From: the human T2T-CHM13v2.0 reference genome, Homo sapiens
Assembly (NCBI RefSeq): GCF_009914755.1
Contig: NC_060942.1
Length of the DNA: 64,000 bases
Reading direction: 5' to 3' (one strand)
This document shows, piece after piece, positions 38,421-51,784 of this stretch (its first letter is position 1; every line of letters begins with the position of its first letter). The notes below the pieces were generated by a model. That model was not told where the DNA came from. It saw nothing but the letters and a program-made list of their open reading frames with translations, and searched no databases. The position numbers and the translations under genes were made by a program.

Positions 38421-39838
38421 TCCATTTACAGCAGGACCCCTCCACCAAATAACTCAAGGATTCACAGAGTAGAGCTCAGGGAACACAATTCAGTGACACA
38501 CAGACTCAGATGTACTCTAGATGTGACTGGTCCCCTTCAGAGGTAACAAATCTACCTTGCAAAAGTCCAACAGCATTATTGGGTGATGGAAGTTATGTCC
38601 TCAAATTATATTTTATAAAACTTTCCAATGTATTAGACAGTAAATATATGCGCTTCCAACAACAGATTCAAAAACAAAGCAAACACCACCTCCAAGATCA
38701 ACAAATTCTAAAGATGTTCCTAATATATAAGAATTTATGTCCCACACCAAAGACATGCTCAGAGCCAAGGATATTGATCTCATATGAGTTTTCCAGCTGG
38801 GCTGCATGCACCACAATGAAAAAAAAAAAACATGGATAGAGAAAATATGAAAGTTGATCAACCTATGACATGAAGTGATAAGTTCAGAAAAATGTCTAAA
38901 ATGTTTCAGTGGACACAGTTATTCAACACCTTAAAGATCAATTTAAAACTCATTCTCATCTTTGCAGCAGATATCACAGATATATAGATATAGATTTAAA
39001 CAACTTTAGTCACAAACACTAATATGTCTGATTTAGCTTCCAGAAACCTTTGTGACCTAATCAGCAAACAAAACCTATTGGGAACTAAGGTGGAAATTTA
39101 GTCGGAAATATTTTTCTCAGAAATGGAACACATTGAAACTATCTTTAACAACGTGTAGAAAATAGAAACAGTAGCTGATTAAATGACTTAAAGGAGAGAA
39201 AAGTCAGAATTCAACAGGAAATCAGAAACTAAAGTGTCCACAAGACTTGTTTCCTCCTTTTGGAAGTACTATGTTCTTCAAAATGAAACAGGAAAAAGAA
39301 AATTTTCTGCCTTCAAGTATGTCAATACCAGAATGGCTGCTTGGATCCTTCATCCTTTGGAGACAAAAGTATATGTAATGTGAAGACTTCTAAGAGGACA
39401 TGGCCTAACTGATCTTTCCTGCAGATAGCCTAGAGTATCCAGATTGGAGGCACACCACATCACATACCCCCAATCTGGGTGTCTAGACCAGGGAATTATC
39501 CTCTTGTGCCAGGGACCACTACACAGCTTATTTGTTCTCATTCTTTAATCCAGCCCTAGCAGAAAGTATTTCCATGTGATGGATCCAGGAAACACTAGGG
39601 GAGGGAGAAGCAATGATGGAAGAGGGTAAGTTCAGTGAATCTTTGGTACAAAAGGAGAAGGGTTGGGTTGATCTGGATGTTATCTAAAGAAGAGAATCAT
39701 GAACTACAAACCAGGGACAAAAGATCATTCTCTTAGCTCTTTGTAATTCCCTGTGTTCCTTATTGATGAATACCTAGACTGTTTCCATGTTGCAGGTAGA
39801 GTTTCCTCTCTGACAGCCCCTTTAAGTAGCCTGTTATG

Positions 39839-40523
<685 letters not shown>

Positions 40524-42014
40524 ATGGATGGTCCCAGGATGCTGCTTCAGGAAAATCCTCTTCTATTTATTTCTTTCTGCCTACACTAACCTTCCTCACA
40601 CATAGACCCTAAAGTTCCCTCTCACTTAGCTCCCAGCTTGGTGCCCCCTTCTCTGCTGCCCCTGTATGGATGTAACTCCAACTCCAGATTTCGCCTTGTT
40701 TTGTAACCAAGATCACTCTTGAGATGCACAAGCCACAATCTCAGGCTTATTATGGTGCCCCCAAACCTAAGCCAGGCCCTTGGGAATGACTGACCAAGCC
40801 CACAGCACCCCAATAACCAAGCCTATTTAGGGAGGGCAATCAGACAATTATGAGAATAATCCCAGGAGCTGGGAACTAGAAATCTAGCCTCCTCTGCTGC
40901 CAGTTTGGGGACATAAAGAAGCCCAAGGGATAAAATAGGAAGTAGCATGGTGATGAAGAAAGAAAAATTAAAAGAGAAATTAACTGAGTCCCTGTAGGTA
41001 GGGAGAAAGTATCTGTAGAAAGAGAGGCAAGAAGCTGGAGTGGGCAGATTCCTGATAACGTCACAGACAAAAATGCATCTTCAAAAACACATTCATGATT
41101 TTGCATTTCTAGTGGTGTTTAAGTCAGCCACATGAATTTCTGCTGTTAAACCATTGAGATTTGGGGATTAATTTATTATCAAAGCATAACTTAGCTTATC
41201 CAGATTAATACAATACCTTAGACCTTAAGCTTTCAAAAACAAATATGACCGAAGGATGGTGTGCATATAGAAACTGCCCCAATTTAACCTATTGGTATCC
41301 AGCTACAGACCTGACCTCCCCTCCAGATAGGCTTGCATTCCCCTCTCCTATTCCCTCCTCCTGAGGTGGAATTATTCTCCCACCCTGCCCTAAAGTCCCC
41401 ACCATGGATGGCATTCCTTGTATTTGTTGCTTCTTCGGACTTTAGCTCATCTTGCTTTAGATTTCTGCTGTGTACCTTGCAACCCAACTAATGTAAGTTC
41501 TTTGGGGGCCAGGACCACCTCCCCAACCTCTTCATGTCCTTTACTCTGATGCATTCCTAGCAGGTACACAGTGTTTGCTAACCGCACAATTGCTGAGATG
41601 TACCTGTTGCTCTTCTTACAATCATGTCTGTGAAGTCCCTGTAACAGCTCATCCTGTATCCTTGGCAGTATCAGTTCTATCAACAGAAAGTGTCTCATAC
41701 AGTTTCAGAAACAGGAAGATGGTGTGTCTCAGTTTGTGGTCTTTGTACTAAACAGACTAAACAGCAAATTGTAGGATAATTTACTCCTCAGTGATTGGCC
41801 TGTCTCAGGCCCAGCCAGAAAGTTCTGTTGTGGTTGTTGTTGCTTTTCTTCAAAAGTAAATTGCTCTGAGAGGTCAGCACACAGTATGATGCTAATGGAA
41901 TAGTAGAGATAGTTTTCATGAGTCTATATATCCAAAAAATCCCTTCACCTTCCAATGTTCAATCATGACACTTCCCTCTTATCCCTTTAATTAGCATGTT
42001 AATTAACAGTGGCT

Positions 42015-42329
42015 GGCTGGGTGTAGTGGCCCACACCTGTCATCTCAGCACTTTGGGAGGCTGAGGTGGGTGGATCACTGAGCCCTGGAGTTTGAGACCA
42101 GCCTGGGCAAAACGGCAAGACCCCAGCCTGGGCAATATGACAAGACCTCACCTCTACAAAAAAATACAAAAATTATCTGGGCATGGTGGCCCGTGCCTGT
42201 AGTCCCAGGAGGCCAAGGTGGAAGGATTCCTTGAGCCTGGGAGGTAAAGGCTGCAGTGAGCTATGATCACACCACTGCACTTCAGCATGGTTGACAGAGT
42301 GACACCCTGTCTCAAAAAACAAACAACAA
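42015..42329 (+). mobile_element. AluJ with an internal 25-bp tandem duplication
   Basis: GGCTGCAGTGAGCTATGATC (J-type). TSD AACAGTGGCT (42005) and AACAATGGCT (42330). Confidence 0.94.
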
Positions 42330-44246
42330 AACAATGGCTATCTCTGCACGTTGAGATTTTTGTGCCTTTCTGTATTTTGTAAATTTTCTCCAGTGAACAT
42401 TTATTTTTATGATCTGATTTTATGATTTATAAACATTTATTTTTTGCCTTCTCCCTCTACCCCCCATGCATCCTCTCCCCTGCAATAAAACCTGATGATT
42501 TCATTCAGAATACAGTTAAAGACATGCTAAAATTCCCTCAGGGGATATCAAGGCCTCGTCTATGGCTCAGTCCCATCTGTAAGTGACCATCCTGACTGGG
42601 GGAAGTACTGTGATGGGTGTCTTCATCCATCAACAAAAATGTTCAGCCAAGCAACAGAAGCTAAGCAAGAGAAGTCAATAGGCCCCTACACTTGTACAGC
42701 TACACACAGGAGTCTCAGTCTCCACAGAAAGTTGTCCCAAATCACCAACTTGGGCTGGATGCCAGTGGTGCCCCATTAACACTCCGTGGTGTTCCTGGTG
42801 GGAGAACCAGAGTGGGCACCAGCAGCTCCATGAACCAGGACTCAAACCGGGGAGCAGGAAGGAAATGTCTTGGTCAACACAACCCCAGCCTACTCCTTTC
42901 CACTACCTAGAAACAGGACGCCAAGAGATGATACTTTCCAGGTGAACAGGCACCAAAAGTGTGGGATTCTCAGATTGAGAACCAGAGAATATTTAGAATA
43001 TTAACATTGGAATTTAGAATGGAATTCAGACATTTCAGAGGCTCAGAGAAGCAAAACGATGTCTCCTAAGTCACACAGCTTGCAAATGACAGAGGCAAGA
43101 CTGGACTGTAAGTCCCTTGAGACTTCAAGTAAATTATGTTTCAATAGGAAAGAAAGAAAATTCAGCCTATAGATATGGAAAAACACAGCAATATTAGCAG
43201 TGTCTGTGGTCATGAAGTCACAGAGATGCAAGATTGGACTCTAAGTACCTTGTCATGCAAAGGCATGACATCACACTGGAAAAAGCACAGGGACATCAGA
43301 ACCAAGTGTGCCTCACCTTCCTGGGACCAGAATCGCCCCCTCCTGGTTCCTTAGCCCAGGATAGATCCACTGGGTCATGTTTGGGTACAAAGAGATCATA
43401 TTTAGCAGCACAAAAATTGGAAGACTGCCTCCTGTTCTAGCTAAGAAGCTGGATTTATTTATAAATAAACTTATTTATAAGAGTCTCTGTCCTCCTAACT
43501 CTAAGCAGGATGTCTGTTCCCTCTTCTAAATTCCACTTCTCTCCCATGACCCTAAGGAGGGTCACTAACCTTTGGAACATTATCCAGTTGCCCCCTAAAT
43601 ATTTTCTACTCCCTATAGCACTTAAATTCACATGTATATTACTTATTGGATGCCTTCTAGGACTGAATTCTAGTCATATGTCTCTTTTAGTAAATTGAAT
43701 CCCATCAACTTGATGTTCTAATATTTCAGAATGGCTAGAACCTAGTCACTTAGGACCTTTTCCTCAATCCCTTCAAATCTTTGGCAGCCAGAGGTGACAT
43801 TAATAGTTTTTATTATCTATGGCTTTTATAAATCAGATTAATCAGTTGCCTTCCAAGTTTTTTTTAAGGTGACTGTTGTAAAGGAGATTCATTATTTTCA
43901 TATTATCAGATCAGGGGAAAGCAGGATCCATTTTTCATCCTATTGAGAAATTAGCTTCATTTCAACAATAGTTTTGAACCTAGAAATGTCAATGTCTTCT
44001 TATCAGGAAATCTGTATTATTTCACAGGCATGGAAGGCAGCAGCCCATAGACTGGAAGGGCTGGAGGCCTTTCTAAAACCCCTCTCACTGCTGTGCAATA
44101 TTGGCCATGCTGATAGATCCTGATGCAGCATCAGATCAAACAGAACCCCTGAGATCACTCATACAATCCAACTCCTGGATGCAGACTGTTGCTGATATGC
44201 CACTGTCACCTCATATGGCCTGAGACATTTTAAAAATGCTTAGTTG

Positions 44247-44383
44247 TAGGGCAGCAATTCACCCCTCTTTGCCCAGGACAGGAGCAGTTTCCAATTCTTG
44301 TACTGGCATAATTATCAACATAGCTTTATTTAATTCACTCTAATGTCATGATTTGGGCAATATATAATAAAATGGTCATCCTA
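44247..44383 (-). mobile_element. MER81-like DNA transposon
   Basis: TAGGGC...TTTGCCCAGGACAG...ATAATTATCAA...ATGGTCATCCTA, the reverse of the element at 23438. Confidence 0.65.
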
Positions 44384-45706
44384 TTTACTGATCATCTAGT
44401 CTGGCCACTTCTTTTCATACAAGGGGAAACTAAACCCCAGGGAAGTGAATGACAGATATCAGCTCCCAAAGGGAGGTGATGGCACCAACTGACCACCCCA
44501 ACCACCAGCCAGCCAGGCTGTACTGGCATCTTCATGACTTCATGACTACAGACATTCTGCTAACATTGCTTGTTTTTCCATATCTATAGGCTGGATTTTC
44601 TTTTTTTCCAATTGAAGTATAATTTACATATTTAAAATACACAGTTTTTAAATGTTCAGTTTCACGAATTTTAACTCCCAAAACAACATACAAAATATTT
44701 CTGTCAATCCTGAAAATTTCCACTGGGCCCCTTTCAGTCAATTCTCCCACCTTGAGGAAAACATATTCTGATCTCTGGCCCCACCAATTATTTTGCATGT
44801 TCTTTGACTTCATATAAAAGGAATCATACAGCTTATAGGTCTGGAAGGGGTGGTGGAGGGAATGTAATCATTATAAAATATACCCAGTTCGAGCCTTATC
44901 TGTAATAAAGGCCCACTCTCCAGAGGAAAATATTTTGCCAGCGCCTTATACCAGCTTGGGGAAGAGAATTCCTCCCACTCTAGCCTGCTGTAGCCTTCCT
45001 GTCTTACCTAAGAGAGAAAAAAAATGCAATCCACAGAGCTCAGAGCTTCAAGAAAATAGATTGGGAGTGGTGCAGCCAGGGATAGGAAAGAGAACTAAAG
45101 GGAAAAGAATATGACTGAAGAAACACTTGTGAAGTTCACCTCTCTGAGACACAGGCCCACTAAAAGACTGAGATTTAGGTTAGAGAATGTTCTTTCTACA
45201 TATACCTTACTACTACACCAAAAGAATACTAGTATAAAACAGGGGCATACAGCCGAAAGAGCCACAAAAACATAGACACTGTCTGAGAAGGAGGACTTAC
45301 GAAAGCCCAAAGTCAAGAGGACACAAAAACAAGGATAATACAAGAAGCTGAAGCCTTTGGCACCTGTAACTACAGCACATATTAAACACAATCCAAGTCT
45401 TAGTCAAATTAATGTAAATTCTCACACTAAAGGCCTATTTAGCTCAGTTTCTATTACCCAAAGCAGCATGCTTGGCTTTCAAGAAAAAACTATAAAGCAA
45501 AACAAAATGAAAAAAAAAAACCAACAGAATCCAAAGAGACAATCATTAGGTCAGAAATAATACAGATGTTGGAGTAACAAGGAATTTTAAATAACTATGA
45601 TTATTATGATAAGGACTCTAATGGAAATAAAAGACAACATGAAAGAACAAATGGGTAATGGGTAGAAATGGAAACGCTAAGAAAGAATCAAAAGGAAATG
45701 CTAGAA

Positions 45707-46030
45707 GGTAGAATGGTGGTTACCAGGGGCTAGGGAACGGGGTTTGGAAGATGCTGGTAAAAGGATACAAAATTTTGGTTAAGTAGGAAAAATAAATTCA
45801 AGAAATCTATTTCACAACATAGTGATTATAGCTAATACCATGTATTGTATTCTTGAAAATCACTAAGAGATTTTAAGTTTCCTCATCATAAAAAATAAGT
45901 ATAAGGTAATGCGTATGTTAATTAGCTCAATTTAGTCATTTCACAAGGTATATATGTTTCAAAACAACATATTGCACATAATAAATATATGCACCTTTTA
46001 TTTGTCCACTAAAAATAATTAATTATTTTT
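45707..46030 (+). mobile_element. L1MA-type 3' end inserted in an older L1 ORF1, with a perfect 17-bp TSD
   Basis: AAAAGGAAATGCTAGAA at 45690-45706 and 46031-46047. Confidence 0.9.
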
Positions 46031-47294
46031 AAAAGGAAATGCTAGAAATCAAAAATGCTATAAGAGAAATGCAGAATGCTTTTGATGGGTTCATCAGTAG
46101 ACTGAACACAGCCAAGGAAAGAATCAGTGAGCTCGAAGATAGGTCAATAGGAACTTCCCAAGCAGAAATACAAAGAAAAGAAAGAGTGAAAACAATAGTA
46201 ACAATAACAGAACGTTCAATAACTCTAGGATAATATCAAATCGTACACCACATGCATAATTGCAATACCAGGAGAATAAAAATGTAATGAAACAGGAGAA
46301 ATATTTGAAGTAACAACTGTTGAGAACTTTCCAAAATTAATGACACCAAACCACATATCTAGGAAACTCAGAGAACACGATGTTTTTCAGTTCTGCTACT
46401 TTATCACTGATTTTTCTGTCAATTGTTGAGGGGGAATAAAATGACCAATTATGACTGTATCTTTGTCTGTTTCTCCATTTAAAAGGTCAATTTTATGTCA
46501 TAATATTTAAGTTATCTCATTAGGCATAAGTACATTTAGGAATATTACATTTTTTCATGAATTGGCCCTTTTATTATTATAATATATCCCTCTTTATCTC
46601 TGGTAATACTCTTGAAGTCACTTTTTAATATATTAATAAGCTACCCAAACTTTCTTATGCTTAGAATATGGATGGTATAGGTTTTCCACCCTTCTACTTT
46701 TGATCTGTTTGTATCTTCATAAAGTGTGTTTCATGCAAAAATCACATAGATTGTGTGTGTGTGTGTTTATTTAATCTGACAACAAAGGTCTTTTATGTAG
46801 GATATTCAGATAATTTACATTTAATGTAAAGTTTACTGGAAACAATATATTTGAACAGATGCTTCATCAAAGAAGACATGCAGATGGCAAATAAGCACAT
46901 GAAAATATGCTCAACATCATTAGCCACTAGGGAAATGCAAATTAAAACACAATGAAATGCCACTACATACTCATATAAATGGCTAAAATCAAAAAGGCTC
47001 ACTACCAAATATTGGTGAAAACACAGAGAAATTGGTTCTCTCATACACTGCTGGTGCAAATGTAACATGATACAGCCACCTCGAAAAACAGTTTGGTAGT
47101 TTCTTAAAAAGTTAAACATATATCTACTCTATGATCTTGCCATCCTATTCCTTTTTATTTACCCAAGAAAATAAAGCATACGTCTATACAAAAGTTTGTG
47201 CACAAATGTTCACAGCGTCTTCATTTGTAGCAGCCAGAAACTGTAAATAACCAAAATGCCCGTCATCAGATGAACGGATAAAACACACAGTGGT

Positions 47295-47623
<329 letters not shown>

Positions 47624-50600
47624 CTACTTAGCAATAAAAAGAGAGGAACTAGTGATATGCCCAATAACATAGATGAATCTCAATGTAATTATGTTAAGTG
47701 AAACAAGCCAAACCTAAAAGAGTGCGTAAATACTGCATGATTGCATTCACATAAAATTTTTGAAAATACAAACTAGAGTGACAGAGAGCAGACCATCAGC
47801 TGCATGAGAATGGAAGGGTAGGTGAGGAGGGTTGAGAGGGAGGATTACAAGTGGACAGAAAGAAACTTTTGGAAATGATAGATACATTCACTACTTTGTG
47901 GTGAAGGTTTCATGGGTGAATACTGATGTCAAACTTATCAAATTTTATACTTTAAATATTTGCAATTTATTATGTCAATTATAGCTCAATAAAACTCTAA
48001 TATATTTTTTAAGTTATTTGGAGTCCAGTTGGTTTCTTATCCCTGCCTTTGTGTGTTCTCCCCCGGCCACTGCACTATTCCTCTTTCCTAGGAAAAGCTC
48101 ATCACTTTCTGGGTTATATTTGCTTCAGGTTTCTTTCCATCCTTGGCTCTCTGATTTTTTATAGTAAAGTTTATGTAACATACAATTTATAATTTTAACA
48201 ATGTTTAGGTGTGCAGTTCAGTGGAACTAAGCACATTTACATTGTTTTGCAACCATCACCACCATTCATCTCCAGAACTTTGTCATCTTCCTGAGCAGAA
48301 ACTCTGTCTCTGTTAAACAATTCCCATTTCCCTCTTTCCCCAGCCCTGGGCAACCACCATTCTACTTTTTGTCTCCATTAATTTGACTGCTCTAGGTAAC
48401 TCATAGAAATTGACTCATATAATATTTGTCCTTTTTTGGCTGGCTTATTTCACTTAGCATAATGTCCTCAAGATTCATCCATGTTGTAGCATGCGTCAGA
48501 ATTCCCTTCCTTTTTATGGCTGAACAATGTTCCACTGTATGCAAACCACACGTTGTTTATCCGTTCATCCATTGATGGACACTTGGATGGCTTCTACTTT
48601 TTGGCTACTGTGTCTGATGGGTTTTTTAAGTTATGGTTTTGTAGCTTATCTGGCTTATTCTTCTTTTTAAGGTGGAAACAGTGGTATTTTGCAACCTCCT
48701 ATTCCCTGACAAGAATTAGAAGTCCTCTATATATTGAGTTATAATCTCATTTTTTAATCTGGCACAAAATCCTAGAATTGAAAATATATCCATGGCCTAT
48801 CAAAGAACAATAACAAATCATTAAAAAAATCCATAAGTAATAAAGCCTCTGATTTCTAAAAGAGTTTATGTTTTTCAATGTCTGTGATGAGATACCTGCA
48901 GCACAAATAGGTATGCAGTCACAGCTGGGTAGAAACTAGAATTCACATGCTTCGATTCTTAGTCTAGTTGCTCTCCTGCGACATTGTGTTGTCTCCATAG
49001 CATTAGTGGGAGATGTAACATCAAATTGAGACATGATTTCACCAATTAGTCCATTTTTAAATAAGCTGATATGTAAGTTTAACAAAATTCCAATAGAAAT
49101 TTCAACCAGATAATGGTAATAGAAGGCAGAGATCAAGGCAAAGGCCAACTTAACTTGACAAAATGACTATTAATCTCAGCCTGAAGAATAACCATCAAAA
49201 AAATCCAAAAATTATTGAAAAACAATTAGTAATGAATGACTAGCCTTGGCAGATATTAAAACATATTAAAAAGTTACTATAATTAAAAGCATATTGCTAG
49301 TGAATGAGCAGACAGAAAAATCAATATGTTCTCTTCTTAACAGAAATTCTGAAAGCAGATCCAAGAATTCAGTATCTGATTTTAATGACATTTTAAATCA
49401 GTGATTAAACAAATGGTATTGAGAAAAATTGGCTAAGCACCTGGGAATGAATAGTAAGAATGTTACGGTCATTCAGATTTCCATATCTAAAGAGAGGTTG
49501 TTGTTGCCATTCTCATTGTACTGTTGTTTTTAACACCATCTCTCATGTTTCCATTAATATAATCTGTCCCATTGTATTTATTTTTTTGTTTCATTCACCA
49601 GGAAATTTTTACCAGATCACTCAAACATTTGGATAACTAATCACCTTGTAAACAGTCATTTACCCAAAGTAAGCAACATTTTTACTGGCAAATTTTTACA
49701 AATTGGGATTTCTTTCATAGGACAAGCTGCAATGGAAAAGCGAAGGAATATTCTTTAGATATTTTCAAAACTGACATATTATTTACAAATATTCAACAAA
49801 CACAAATTAAATTCATTCTACGGGGCCATCAGTGTGCTAAGTCCTGAGGATACAAAAATGATAAGGCTCAGTCCTCCCTTCAAAACACTGTTTAACCCAT
49901 CAGTTATGTCGATAGTCTGTCTGCAATATACGTCACCAATTTGCTCATTGTTAGATCACATTGTTTGGTTGTAATAATAAGAGCGCATGGGGTAAAAATA
50001 TGAAATACTAGACAAAAATCTAAAATTCCAGAAAAAGTATTCAATATAGATTTTGCTTATTAGATCTGTGCAGAGATTAAGCAAGATCATTAGCATCTGA
50101 TACCTGTGTCTGAGGATGTTCACTCTAGCAGATTTGCTGAACGAGATGGATCCTCGAGTCTTTCCCCTCTCACCCCACAAAGCAGACACAGCTGGATGCT
50201 TTATCATTGCTCTACCCTCTCCCTGAACAAATCTGACAAGCTGATCACATTAGGCCGTGACATACAAAATATGGCATAATTGTAGACTGTAATCATCACG
50301 ATGATAGCTGACTTGATAAGAGAGGTCAAATCCCATTTTTATATCCTGAATTCCTAAAATATTGTTTCGTCAAAAAAATCAATTTCTCATTTTTCTAGCG
50401 TTAACTTGAAAAGGGTATAATTGATCAAGCCTAAATCCTTTATATCACCCAGGACTGTGTGAAAGGCTCAGACCCAGCAAGCCACTTGAGTTAGGGCCCG
50501 GCGAACAGCAGTTGTCTCCAGCATCTAACACCCATGGGCCTGAACGGCTTCAAAGCAAGAACACGTTTTATATCCTTTGGTTAAGACTGTGGGGAAAACA

Positions 50601-51739
50601 CAGGCTCACGGAATATAGATGCTCAGCTGGCTCATTTGGGTTTTGTGGTCCAATTTGTGGATGAGATATTTATAAAATCCGGTGATTACAATGCCATCTC
50701 ATTAACATTCGTTAAATGAAAACCACAAAGTGCAGGATGAGAACTCCAGTCTGAGGGGAGAGGAAGAAGATGCATAGGGAGGCTGGTTTTGCTACCTCAG
50801 CACAGGCTAAAAGAGAGACCTGAGACAGAGGACCTCTCCCACTTCCTTTAAGTAAGACATGTGACTGAAGGACAAAGGGAGGGAAGAGGAAGGAGGGTAG
50901 CTTTTCTATTTGTCAGTTTTTTTCCATCTCTGTGCAAACCAAATCTAAGTCAAGGCCAACCCGATTTTCCTATGAATTCAAATTCTCCATTCCTTGTAAG
51001 ATTTAGCCAAGGAGACATCTCCTCCAGGATGTCTGCCTAGGCTACATTTACCCCCATGAGATCTTTGCATGCTCAATAAGGCTGTGTGGACTGGACTCCA
51101 CTCACAGTATTTCAGCACACAGCTGTTGTTCCTGCCTTGTGACTGATTTCTGCCCCTGTCCCTGTGGGGAGGAGTGTGGCTTCATAGAACCAAAACTACA
51201 GTGTCAGAAAAGCCTGGATTCCAGTCTCAGCTCGGGCACAAATAGTCCCAGAACCTCTGGTAATATTCACTTTGCAAGAAAGATACAGGGGCAGGGATTG
51301 GTGGAGGGGAGATTATGCAAATTCCACAATATGTATCTAGCAAGTGGGCACTCAATAGTAGTTATAATTATTATTATTTTATTAATATTGCTGACTTTTC
51401 TCTTTTAGTCAATCTCAAAGTCACAGGCGGTTTAGATAATGCATTCTATGTAGACTCAGCAATAGGATAATTCATTCAGTGGACAGTTAGTAAATACTAA
51501 CTAAATGTATGAATGATGCTACATCCACTAGGAGAACATTTCAAAGTTGGGCTCCATCTTCAGTGATTTATCAAATTTAGTGATTATGGCTACTCTGTGT
51601 GCAGAAACTTTACTTAAGGACTCTGCAAAATTTTCAGACAGGTCTGTCTTCCTTCTTGGTCAAATATAGAAAAGTCTAGATCTCCAGCTTTCTTCTCTCC
51701 TAACACCCTACTGCACCCTAGTCCCCATGACAGGCACAA

Positions 51740-51746
<7 letters not shown>

Positions 51747-51782
<36 letters not shown>
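51747..51782. repeat. (CA)18 within a 56-nt alternating purine-pyrimidine tract (51741-51796)
   Basis: TGCGCG(CA)18TGCACACATACACA. Confidence 0.95.
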
Positions 51783-51784
<2 letters not shown>

